A DNA stretch of 64,000 nucleotides from Blastocystis sp. Blastoise (lineage: Eukaryota; Protista; Bigyra: Opalinata), in NCBI GenBank assembly GCA_039096225.1, contig JBBPEB010000003.1, positions 496,001 through 560,000 on the forward strand. Direction: 5' to 3'. The position numbers were made by a program, and so were the translations under genes. Below the pieces are notes generated by a model, which worked only from the letters and a program-made list of their open reading frames with translations, made no database searches and was not told the DNA's origin. Shown piece after piece: positions 1 to 15,135 of the stretch; position 1 is the stretch's first letter, and every line of letters starts with the position of its first letter.

Positions 1-2251
1 ACATCTATAAATACATTACCTTCTGTCCATACTATGAATAATACTATATCATCATTAGATAATGGATCGAATAATAATAATAATAATAATACTATAAATA
101 CAAATAATTATATGTATGATAATTCATTTCCTCCTGCTTCAAATCCTATGATAAATAATACTATAAACTCAACACCTCTTAATAATACTGTACAAACCAT
201 GAATAATAATTCGTTATCTCTATCATGTATATTATTATTATTTATTGCTATTTATTCTTTTTGTTAAATGTTATTAGTTATTATTTATTATTGTTTATTT
301 TATTCAATATATTATAATATAAATATAAATATATATATAATAAATAATATTTATGTATAGATGATGGTACAATGGATTCTATGACTGATTTGAAAGATTC
401 ATCAAGTATACTACTATAATATAAGATAATATTATTATTATATTATAATAATATTATTATTATATTATAATAATATTATTATAATATATATAGATACAAA
501 GAGGGTTCATGAAGATGAAGACAGTAAAGATTCGAAACGAATAAAGCGCCTTGAGAAAAACAGAGAAATTGCAAAGAATTGTAGAAAGAGAAAGAAGGAA
601 AAGATTATTGCCTTAGAAGAAGAAGTATATACAAGTTATTATTTATTCTATATATATATATATATAATTTCTTTGAATTATTTTTCATTTAACAAGTATT
701 TATAATATATAAGAATAATAATGATTAGATTATAATAATATCTATAATACTATTATATAGATACAACAATTACGTCAAGCTAATGATGATATGAAACGAC
801 AAATGTTTAATAATGGTCAAAATACAGATAAAGAAAGAGTACAATCTGCATATGTTTCAAAACTTCGAGAACTTCTATTAGCACGTGCTTCGGATGAAGA
901 AGTACAAAAAGAAATAGATGCATATTATGATAATTGGAAGAAGAATAATGAAGATCGTTTTAATAACTCAAAATTCCATTTAGAACAATTAAAAATGTTA
1001 TTATTACCTACTCAAGTATATATATATATATATATATTATATATAATAAATACAGTTCCAAAATCAGTATATATAAGTTGTACTATATTGAAGAACAGAG
1101 CTGTAAAATTAATATTATCACTACACATTTATATATATATATATTATATATATATATATATAAATAATAATACTAGCCCTTCGGGGGTTGGACGGAGGAG
1201 TCCAGATCTAGGGAGGTAGAGAACTAGGGAACTCGGGAATGGAATACTATTCCATGAAATCCTTATACTCATATATTTATAAATTATTCTAAAAGAAATA
1301 ATAATTTATTATTGTTTTTTAAAATTATATATATATAGGTAACAAAAATGTGTGTGTGGTCGTTACAACAGGATGATGAGTTTTATGATGAGAAATTAAA
1401 TGATATTAAATATGGAGGATCTATATGGACTTTATTATGTAATTCTATTGATGTATATATATATATGTATATTATTATTATTATTATTATTATTTATGTT
1501 AACTTTAATAGTCATATAATAATAATAAGAATAAGAATAATATAATAATAATAATATATAGATGACAAATGAACAAAAATTAAAGATTTTATCTCTTCGA
1601 AATGAGACTAATGAGGGCTGTCAAAATATGGATAAAATCATTGATATTATAGAAATGTTACAAGAAAAAGTATATATATATATATATATACTTTTTTTAA
1701 TATATTTTTATTATTTTTATATAAATTAATAGAATATGATTATTACGTTACTATTCTATATATTATTAATAAATATTACTATATATATTTTATAGATATC
1801 GGAGAATATGAGTATTTCTAGACAACAATTAGAAGGCATTATGAAGGTATTAAGTCCAAGACAACAAGCGAAATTCTTACTTTGGTGTGAAGATAATAAA
1901 AATAAAAATCAACTTTTATCTATTTTATTCTCTATTTTACATAAAACACAAGATACTGAAGTATATATAAAAATATTCTTCTTATTATGATGATTATTAT
2001 AAAAGTTTAACTATTATTATCACTATTATTATAACTATTATGATAACTTTATTATAACTATTATTATCACTATTAATATCACTATTATTATCACTATTAT
2101 TATCACTATTAATATCACTATTATTATCACTATTAATATCACTATTATTATAACTATTATTATAACTATTATTATCACTATTATTATCACTATTATTATA
2201 AATACTATATAGGAAGTAGATACAGATTCTTCTGATGATAATAATGCTTAA
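1..2251 (+). CDS. bZIP transcription factor, 5'-partial, 8 exons in window
   Basis: Exon 494-624 encodes KRIKRLEKNREIAKNCRKRKKEKIIALEEE (basic region), continuing into a zipper in exon 761-1015. Later exons carry LSPRQQAKFLLWCE. GT-AG joins keep frame to TAA at 2249-2251. Confidence 0.85.
1051..1111 (+). ncRNA. candidate intronic H/ACA-like hairpin
   Basis: Lower stem TACAGTTC/GAGCTGTA, internal loop CAAAAT/AAGAACA, upper stem CAGTATA/TATATTG, then an ANANNA box (AAATTA) 15 nt from the top of the loop. Confidence 0.35.
1171..1265 (+). ncRNA. GC-rich structured island in bZIP intron 1016-1338, candidate ncRNA or cis-element
   Basis: Sharp GC rise inside an AT-only intron. Hairpins CCC-TTCG-GGG, TGGAC/GTCCA, TCTAG/CTAGG and ATGGAA/TTCCAT. 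G-U pairs favour the + strand. Confidence 0.4.
2007..2200. repeat. 12-bp minisatellite (ACTATTATTATC variants) in last bZIP intron
   Basis: Visible tandem array; it explains the spurious NNSD-repeat ORF 1997..2260. Confidence 0.85.
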
Positions 2252-2610
2252 TTTATTCATGTTTCTTGTTTATCTACAATGAAATATATTTGCTCTTTCC
2301 TATTTTATTGTTGTATTATACTTAATCTTTTCCATTTTTAGAATGGTATCAATTTATAAACAGTTTTTTTATTACTAGAATTTTTTGTATGATGTTTTGC
2401 TTTTATTAAACATCAATATATTTCAAAATTATGACTCTTGTTACTAGTAATATTAGCGTATATTAATAAATAAAATGAAATTTTTTTATATAAAATGAAT
2501 TCAAATAAAGAAAATTAAAAATAAAAAAAAGAACAATTTTTTTTCGTCGACTTTTTTTATTTCTATTTTTTTTTATCATAGAAATATTATTTTGCTTTTC
2601 CAGACGTACT

Positions 2611-3931
2611 ATGACAAACAAAAACACAAATATATCGAGTATTCTTGGATGGACATTGGGAATTAGTTTAGGATTATTTGCAATAAAGAAATATAGAGAT
2701 TATAAAAAGTTGCAGAACAAGATTCAAAATGTTTATGGCATACCTATTATTGTTGTTTACTCTGGCGAAGAGGCTGAGGATGCATTGAGAAAGTACAAAG
2801 TTAACGAAGAAAGATATATTGGCCTTGACTTAGAATGGTCGAAGAGATACCCTATTTCTTTGTGTCAAATATGTACAAGCAGTATATGTATAATTATTGC
2901 TAATGTTATGAATATTCCAAACATACCTGAGACATTAAAGACTATTTTATTGGATTCAAAAATTATCAAAGGAGGTGTAGGAATTGATGGTGATTGTCGA
3001 CATATTTATTCATTTTGGGGTATATCTGTGGAAAGTGTTGTTGATTTAAGGTAGTTTATATATTGTATCATTTTCTATTTTTGTTTTTCTTGTATACTTT
3101 AAATAAATTTATGGTTATATACTCTATATAGAGTATTAGCTTCAAATTCGGGTCATTCCAATCCAAAATGTTCGTTAAAATATCTATCTCAATTATATAT
3201 ACCTGTAAATATTGATAAAGATGAGAAGATTCAACGAGGAAACTGGGAAACTACTCCACTTTCAGAAGAACAAATCATGTATATATATATATATATAATG
3301 TTTAGTAATTATTTTTTTATTGATTTTTATTATTATTATAGGTATGCTGCAGAAGATGCTTATTGTTCTTTACAACTGTTACATGCTCTCTATCGATTGT
3401 AAGATATATAAGAAGAATAATAGTTATTATACTAGTTTTTATTCTATATATGTAATTGATTTTATGAATCTATATGTATGTATATATATAGTTCAAAATC
3501 AAAAATACCTGAATATGAATATCTATCTCAATTTAAAAATAAATTTATTTTCAAATCAACCAATAATTCAAATAAATCACCTTCAAATTCATCATCAGAT
3601 CCCTCAGTGCGTCAGTTGAAACGAAATCCTTTTACTTCTCGTCGTGAACCACTTTATGAAAATTGCCAAGTTCATATCCTTATATATATATATATATATT
3701 ATAATAATTATAATTATTATTTAAATATATTTCTTAATATATATACTTGCACCTGATGGTGAAATGTTATTTCTCGCTCCTCGAAAAAAGGTATTCTGGT
3801 ACCTTAATCGTAATCTAGCTAGTATATATAATAATAATATAGAAGAATATTTCTAATCATTATATATATATATATAGAGAAGATAAATGATGATCCATTA
3901 ACTATTCAATTGAAATTTGAACCTCATGGTA

Positions 3932-3990
<59 letters not shown>

Positions 3991-4065
3991 AAGAGGTCAT
4001 GCAGGCCAAACATTTTATTTAACGTCACACGATAATCGATGTGTTGTTTGTGGCAAAGAAGAGAC

Positions 4066-4149
<84 letters not shown>

Positions 4150-4712
4150 TTCATATTTATTTATTTATTTCATTTATTTATAAATAAATGAAAAACATAC
4201 GTATTTTATTTTATTAATTTAAAATATTAATAATCTATTTATAGATATGTGCGTCATTCTATTGTTCCTCACCGTTATCGTACGTTCCTTCCCGTTACAT
4301 TCAAATCACATGCTTCTCATGATATTGTTCTTCTATGTGTATATATATATATTATTTTTATATACATCTTCTTTTCTAATTGTACATATATATATATATA
4401 GTTAGATTGTAATATGAAATGTTGTACTAGTGATGATATTTTTAGTAAACAAATTGAAAAAGAAATGGGTGTAGAAGATATCAAAGTATATATATAATGA
4501 TTATGATTATTATGATTATATATATATGTTATTATTATTATTATTATTATATATATATATAGCCCAAAACATATGTTGACCATGAATTATATCAAGTTAT
4601 ACGTGCAGCTAATGCCTTATTAAAATCAAATAAAAAGAAATGCTCTATTCCTCAAGAAAGAAAGGACCATCTTACTGATATTGTGAAACACTATTTACTT
4701 GATGTACTTAAA

Positions 4713-4776
<64 letters not shown>

Positions 4777-5580
4777 CTTTATATATATAGTGAACTCTGA
4801 TGAAGTTACTTTATCTGATGAACAATTATTATTTGGTATATAAACATATATATATATAATGTTATATATATATAGTAACTAAGTTAGAAGTATCTATAAA
4901 ATTAGATCGTGATGAGAGTAAAGAAAAGAAAGTTATTGATATACTTATGAATACATCTGATCCTTTCGAATCATTATCTGAATTTGTATTTAAATGGAGA
5001 CGTCATTTTGTAGATATATCCTTATATATATATATTAGTAGTATATATTATTAAAAAAACTATATATATATATGTTCTTAATATATATACATTATGCATC
5101 CTCAGTATTTATCTTCTAATTGGAGTATATATACACCTCTTCGTTCTCTTGATTTCGATATGTCCCGTGGGGAATATAGTTGTGAAACAAAACGTAGAGA
5201 ATTAGAAGAAGAACAAAAAGAATCGTTTGTTAAAATGACTCCCGAAGAGATTAAACGCCAATTAAGAGCTATAGGAAAAGAAGACAATAGTGATACTAAT
5301 AATAACATTAATAATAATAATAAGATAAATAATAATAAGATTAATAATAATAATGAATTCAATGAGGAATCTAGTAATGAGTCTGTTTTATCTGGTATAT
5401 AATATGATAAAATAAATTATATATTTATACATATATATTAACTAATTATTAACTAATTATTATATAGATATAGGAAGTGATGTTGAGAATGAAATTATGA
5501 AAGATATGAATAGAATGAATAATAATGAATTCTATGATTCTGAAGATTATGATGAAGATAAAGAGATCAGTAATGAATAA
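2611..5580 (+). CDS. EXD2: EXD2-like 3'-5' exonuclease (N-terminal TM anchor, DEDDy domain, C-terminal HNH-like region), about 14 exons
   Basis: IGLDLEW (Exo I), [27 protein letters not shown] (Exo III), [34 protein letters not shown] and [14 protein letters not shown]. Two of the joins need AT-AC introns. Confidence 0.9.
3674..3746 (+). other. U12-type (minor spliceosome) AT-AC intron, 73 nt
   Basis: 5' ATATCCTT, branch-like TTCTTAAT close to the 3' AC. Removal gives [13 protein letters not shown] in frame. Confidence 0.9.
5016..5090 (+). other. U12-type AT-AC intron, 75 nt
   Basis: 5' ATATCCTT, TTCTTAAT branch-like site, 3' AC. Removal gives [14 protein letters not shown] in frame. Confidence 0.9.
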
Positions 5581-6011
5581 ATTATATATATATAAAGTGC
5601 TTTTCTAATAAAATATTTTTTTTTAGATTTTTTACAAACTCATTTTTACAACTCCTTTTTTAAAAAACTTATTTCTTTTTCTTGTGCTATACAATTAATG
5701 TTTTCTTTTCATATTTGTAAATAAATAATAAAGTCATCTATAATTGTGTTTCTTTATATACTAATAATTGATACTAGTGGAATCAAAATATTATAAACTA
5801 TTCATACACTAACAAAACATTTCAATAAATACTTAAAAAGAGAAATTATATAGAAGATAATGATATAGTAATAAGGAATAGATAATAAGAACAGAAAAGA
5901 AAAAAAAAAAGAAAAATTACTGTTAGTATAAATAACTAAAGAAAACAAGAATACAAAGAACAATATGTGTTAAAAAAGAAACAAAGTGTATTGTGTAATA
6001 CATGAAAACAG

Positions 6012-6043
<32 letters not shown>

Positions 6044-6967
6044 CGAATACAATTCATAATGAAAATTGAAATAAGAAAACGAATGTAGAATAAATAAAAA
6101 TATAAACTATTTAGTATATAATACAAGAAAGAAGTAGAAATTTATATAGAAACGAACTAAGATGAAATTATATATAATTTTATGTAGAATATATAACTAA
6201 GAAAATTTCTTACAACAAAAATATATATATATATATTTATATTTATTTATATATATACTTTGATCTATATAGAAAGGAGTTAAAAACATCATAACTACTG
6301 TGATGATACTCATATAGATATGTAAAAAAAGTACTATATAAATAAAAATAAAAATAAACATATACATATATATATTAAGAGTAATATTACATAAAAGCAA
6401 TTAGATAATGGATATTATTGATTAAATAAATAATGATTATAAAAATATATAATGAAATTATTAAAAAAAAACAAATATATATAATAATTGTAAAATAAAT
6501 TGCAATTACATATAAATATATGATATAATTAAAAGAAAACTGAATAAATAGAAAACAAGTGTGTAGATATATATATATATATAAACAACAAAGAGATTCA
6601 TAAAATAAATAGATATATAAACTGATGTATAATCGAGTGAATGCAACAAAAATATATATAGAAAGAGCAATTAAAAACAATTTTTAAATATATATAAATA
6701 TATATATATATTTAAAAATAAAATAATTATTAATTAAAAAAAAAAAACAAAAGTTTGTATATTATATATTATATATAGAGAAGACTATTAGGTGTATACA
6801 AAAAAAAATTGTATTATGTTATACTTATATTAATTCTATTGATGACAAAAAATAATTGAGTATACATTAATTAAAAAACAAAATGTAGAGAAAATATATA
6901 TATAAAAGAAATGTATAAAATAAATATTATATTGAATAAAATAAAAAAAGCCATTTATATTCTTATC

Positions 6968-9131
<2,164 letters not shown>

Positions 9132-9844
9132 ATTTTTCCTATAAAAAGAAATAATTAATTACGCAATATAATATGCTATATACGATGAATGTATAAGAAT
9201 CTTTATTAAGGAAGAGACAAATAACAATTTAGTATCTGACACATTCTCTTTCTTGTTTGGTTTTATTGAATTCCACGGTTTTATTAGATTCTTCAGTATA
9301 CTTTATATATTTCCATGAATAATATAAAAATGTGTTTTCAATTTTTTATTTCATTCATTTTAGTTATTGTTTGCATTTAATTTTCACTTGTATAACGTTA
9401 ATTCTACTGATTTCTATTAAAACCATCTAAATACAAATGAACAGTGAAAATGGATTAGTATTTTTTTTTATTATTTTCTTGTTAGTTTTCTTTTTAGTAT
9501 TATAATAAAAAATAATAATTGTATCAACATAATGATTTCATTTTGATATATTATCATTCTTCATTATCTGAAAAAATATAGAAAAAAAAATAAATTCACT
9601 ATTTTCATTCACTAATACGTATCTCATTGTTAAAATTTAATCATGATACATATTAAATAAAAAAAATATATTATAACTATAATAAATGATTGAAAAACAA
9701 AAAGAATTAGGTAAAACACACGAAAAAGAAAATAAAAATAGGCAAAAAACAGTTAAAAATGGAAAATAAATACCAATATAAACTCTATATTATTTTAAAA
9801 AACTAACACAAAGCCATTACAATTGAAAATTCATATATATAGCC

Positions 9845-10390
9845 TTAATGATTCACATGAATTGAATGTTTTTCTAGTATTTCCAATATTTCATGAACCA
9901 TTGAATTTCGATTTTCATACGTGATTGTGACAAGATTCACATTACTCATTTTTTTGATTGTGTCGCCAAAACGATGATGATTCTCTAAGATAGTTCCAAA
10001 AACGATAGCATCACTTTTAAATAAGTTCATTATAGAAGATTTATATTCGTTACTAAGCATTTCCATCTTTCCTATCTCATCAACGACAACGAGAGGACAC
10101 TTTTCACGTAATGCAATATTTATTTCATTAACAATTGTTTTATTTATGTTTTCAATAGACACACCATAGGAGCCTACTTTTGGATAATTCTCTGATACAA
10201 ATTGCGTGGATGATAATATGGATTGTTGTCCTGAAAAGGTGGTGATGCTGAATCCAGATCGTCTACCATTCTCACGTATCTCTCCTGTATAGAATCCTCT
10301 ATAAGGATCTTGAATTCTTTTGCAAACCTCCTGAATAATAGTAGATTTACCTACTCCTGGCTTTCCTGTAAGTAATAAAACATATCCCAT
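9845..10390 (-). CDS. NTPCR: nucleoside triphosphatase NTPCR/THEP1 (NTPase_1 family)
   Basis: LLTGKPGVGKST (Walker A), GFYTGEIRENGRRSGF, PKVGSYGV, VVDEIGKMEM. Coding region has no intron. Confidence 0.92.
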   Translation of the reverse strand: MGYVLLLTGKPGVGKSTIIQEVCKRIQDPYRGFYTGEIRENGRRSGFSITTFSGQQSILSSTQFVSENYPKVGSYGVSIENINKTIVNEINIALREKCPLVVVDEIGKMEMLSNEYKSSIMNLFKSDAIVFGTILENHHRFGDTIKKMSNVNLVTITYENRNSMVHEILEILEKHSIHVNH

Positions 10391-10699
10391 TATCTATATA
10401 TTGCTCATTTAAAACTAAAAAAATCAAATAATTCATTGAACATACTGTATAAATGAATAAGAAGAAAGAACATATCAAATGGAGCTAGCTTTTAGAGAAT
10501 AAGAATCCTTTATAGATGCCGCAAGAATATTAGAATTCCCGTGATCTATATCGGTGAATAGTGGGAATACAATAAGTATGTTTACACTGTATTTTTTTAT
10601 ATTTTTTTTTACTAAACATAATCAATATCTTTTGTTTTATTGAAATGTAAGTTTTCTTCTTGATTAATATATTATTTAGATATTATAGATATTATAAAA

Positions 10700-11617
10700 A
10701 TGTCTCAAAAAGAATTATTTGTTGTAGATAGTGACGATGATGACGATTGGGGTGAAGGTATTTTTTTTTATTTATATAGATGAATATTATACGATCTATA
10801 TGCTATTGTACATTAGAATTCAAAGTGATTCCTAATGTTCCTGTTCCTCCAATTCCTATTTCTATGGAAAAAGAGGTACCTAATGTCAATTTACCTCCTG
10901 AAAAACCAGTAAGTCCTACTCCAGAAAAGAAATCAAATGTATGTTAGTTTAGACTATTGTTTTAAACAGTTTTAGAGTTCATTTTATATATATATGTTTT
11001 TAAAAATTAATATATATTTTGAATATATAGATTTTTGAAAAGTATTTAGATGATTCTGAAGAAATACCTGAAGATAATCAAGAAACAAAACAAGCATTGG
11101 AAGAATTAGCTGCTACAATTGAATCAGATTCTACGTTAAGTAGGTTAGTTTTTGCTGTTGTTGTTTATTTATTTATTATGGCTTTGTTTGTTTTATTTTG
11201 TTGCTTTATTTTTTTGTTTTATATATATTATTTATATATATTTATATATAATTTATATGAATTGAATTTCTTCAAACGATATAAAATCGAATATATATAT
11301 ATAGATAAAGATTTTTCATATCCTATAGAGGATCCAATGTCTATAGAGCCAAAAGAGATAGTGAAAACACTTCAAGAGTCTCTTCAATCTCCAGTGAACT
11401 CTCAACCTAAAAACTCACAAGAAAATGAATCTATTCCCATTGTGTATATATATATAGATATATATAAATTATTCTTAAGAGAATAATGAATATGTTTTAC
11501 TTAATTATTTTTTAAATATACTTATAGAAAACGAGAAATTCCTGAGTTGAAAGAAGATATTGAGTTTTCTTTAAAGAAAGAAGTTCTTTTAGAACATCCA
11601 GGTATTTTGTATAGTTT

Positions 11618-11650
<33 letters not shown>

Positions 11651-14600
11651 TGTTGATTATATTCGACGATGTGTTATGAAGACCATGACAATTCCCACGG
11701 ATATTCGTAAAGAAATTTGGTGTTTATTATTAAATGTATAGATAACATATACAATTTTTTTTTAAATATAAATATATAATAATATATATATATATATATA
11801 TATATAGGTAGATATGTCAATGGTGAATGATATGAAGGCAAAATCTACTTGGAATATAGAGATTAATGATTATACACAATATATTCATTATTATATAAAA
11901 GAAAAAGTGAATCAAATTTCTATGGATAATCGTGATTCTGTTACTGAATATTTACAATGGATTACTGATGGATATTTAACCATTACACAATCAGATTTCT
12001 CTCCTTATGTTCTTAATCTTGCTTTACTTCTTCATTCTTATTCATTTCCCCGTGAAACTGCTTTATGTTGCATCTTAAGATTATATGCTAATACCTATAT
12101 AGATGGTAAACATAGTTGTATTTATAGTAATACTGATGGATATAATGCTTTAGATATGCATCAAATGTTTAAATTATTATTAAAATATCATAGTCCTACT
12201 TTATATCATTATTTAAATACTGTCTCTTCCTCATGGTATAATCCTACTTATAAATTTAATGATTATAAAGTATTTAGTTATTATTATTTTGTTGTTTATT
12301 ATAATTATTATATATATTAATATTTATATATTATTATATATTAGTATATTATTATTATATATTAGTATATTATTTTACTTATTATAATTATTATATATTA
12401 ATATATTATTATTATATATTTAGCCTCCAGAGATTCCTCAAGAAGTACCTACTACAACTGGTATATAATAATAAAAACATAATAATAATAAACATAATAA
12501 TGATAACATCTAATAATAAACATAATAATGATAACATCTAATAATATATAATAAATATAATAATAATAAACATAATAATACTTTATATATATAGAAGGTC
12601 CTATAACGCTTCTACAGACTCCTCCTTCTCCTGCTATTCCTCTTCCTGAACTACCTAAATATACTAATGGATTTATTAATACTGATTATTTATATAGAGG
12701 ATATTTATATACTAATTTAGATATAGATGGTTGTGATCGTGAAGTGAATATATATTTATATGATTATATGATTATTGAAGGTAATTGCACTCTTTATTTA
12801 TTTATATATTTGGCTATGCTTCTTGAAAATGAAGATAAATTAGTATATATTAATAAAGAAAATATGGAAATATATCTCAATAATATATATACAAATTATA
12901 AATCAATGGATACTTTTTCACATATCTTATCTTATGCTGTATCTCTTCGTTCTCTTACTCCTGCTACCAGTATTCCCGCGATTCTTTCTCTTTATTCTCA
13001 ATCATCATGCTTAATTCCCAGAAAAGTCGAAGGAAATTATGAAATTTGGAATAAAAGAATGACACTTTTCTATTTTTATTTTAATACATCAAAAATATCA
13101 CGTGTTTCTTCACTTCTTAAACAATGGAATGGTCAAGAGCACGTGTTTGAACAATCTGTTCTTAAAACATATCATGTGTCACGTGTACTTTCACGTGATA
13201 TATACTATATTGATAATGATATGGCTAATGGAAATATTTCTCAATGTATAAGTTTATGTATAAGTCCCGTTGAAATTGTTGAGAAAGTTATTTATAAGAA
13301 AGATAATCGTGATATAGATCATCATTATTTCCTTATTGATCTTCGTGAGGATATAGGTATTCAAAATGGTTATATAGGTATATATATATATATATGTTTT
13401 TGTTTTGCTGTTATTTATTGATCTATATATATATATTAATATATTAAATATTAATTCTATATTATTTATATATATATCTATATATTTATCTATATATATA
13501 TTTATATAGCGAATAGTTTTCAAATAGAACCACAAGTATGGAAGAAACCACTTCAATTAGAAGGATATATGAATACATTAAATACTGTTAAAAATGAAAG
13601 TCATATTGTGTTAGTCCCGTGGGGATGTCCAACAAAAGAAAGAAGAGATGAAGAAAATGAACTTATCTCTTTAGTATACCAGTATGTTATTTATATATTT
13701 TCATTTATTTACATATTTTAATTTATTTAAAAATAATAATATTATTATATTATTATTATTATTATTATATGTAGAAATTTATTTTCGGTTGGTTTTACAT
13801 ATGTGTCTATATGTAAAGATGGTTATTATGGTATTCATGAATATATACGAAAACATAAAGATATTGATTATATATTAGATCATAAGAAGGAGACTTGTCA
13901 AGGTATATTCATAATATATTATAATATTTATTTATGTTCATTATTATATATAAATATATATATATATATATAGTTTGTGCATTTTATAAATATGATGATA
14001 TGCTTAATTTAGCTAAAGAAAAAACAGAACAATTTATTTCTAGTGCTTCTAATACTGTTAGTTCTCTTTCCTCTACTATAAAGAAGCAGTTGCCGACAGA
14101 AGAAGCCACTAAACAAGGACTTAAAACTGTGGGTAAAAAAGCGGGAAATTTATTTACTTCTGCTTATTCTTGGGGATTAAAGCAAAAAGATACTTGGATT
14201 AAAGAAAAAGGTATGCTTTTTTTTTTGTTGTTTCTTTTTATTTTATAATTTATATTATGTTTTTAAATTTTATTTTATTATTATTTTTAGAGAATCGTGA
14301 AAAACAACGAAAGAATAGTAATGTATCTACTCAATCTATAGGTATATATTTTTATAATAGAAATTATTATTATTATTATATTATTTATATTCTTCTTCTT
14401 ATATTATTTATATTCTTCTTCTTATATTATTTAAATTCTTCTTCTTATACTATTTATATTCTTCTTCTTATATTATTTATATTCTTCTTCTTATATTATT
14501 TATTATATTAAACTATTTATATATAGATTCAGCTGTAACAACAACTTCTACTCATTCTACAAATTTTGTTATTGAAGAAGAAGAAGATGATGAAACTGAT

Positions 14601-15135
14601 TTAACACCTGCTCATTTACTCTATTTATCTCTTGTTGAAGGATCCAAATTCTTGAAATCTGGAGATAGTATTGAAACAAAGAAATATACAGATAATGATG
14701 GTATGCTATTTAAAGTTGAAAATGTAACTGCTTTATTTACGAATCTTGAAGAAAATACTATATACTATTATATGCTTTTTGGTGGTCGTTTATTATTATT
14801 GCATTCCGATCCTAATGTATTAGGAAAAGCTATTGTCGTCAATAACTGGCCAGCTGTTCATGTATTTATTTATTATTTTATATATATATATATATATATG
14901 TTTTAATCTATTTATATTTTAATCTATTTATATTTAATAATATTTTTATATAAATATTTTTTTTTTCTAGGTAAAACGTTTGACTTTTATGAAGAATGAT
15001 AAAAATACATTAACTCTTTATATTCTGATTGAAGGTAAGAGTGAAACTGAAATACTTAGAGGAAAGTTTGACGATACAGAACCTTTCGTTACTAAATTAC
15101 AAGTCATTATACAAGAAGAAGAAAAGAGATCTTAA
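10700..15135 (+). CDS. TBC1D23: TBC1D23-like protein (TBC domain, rhodanese-like domain, C-terminal PH-like domain)
   Basis: IPTDIRKEIWCLLL, FKLLLKYHSPTLYHYL, FLIDLR...GYI, FSVGFTYVSICKDGY, and a C-terminal beta-rich domain. Multi-exon GT-AG. Confidence 0.7.

Noticed and set aside
1171-1270. Identification of the GC island as U11, U2, U17/snR30 or RNase P/MRP RNA
   Set aside because: Only short chance-level matches; the Sm site, P4 partner strand and correct motif spacing are missing.
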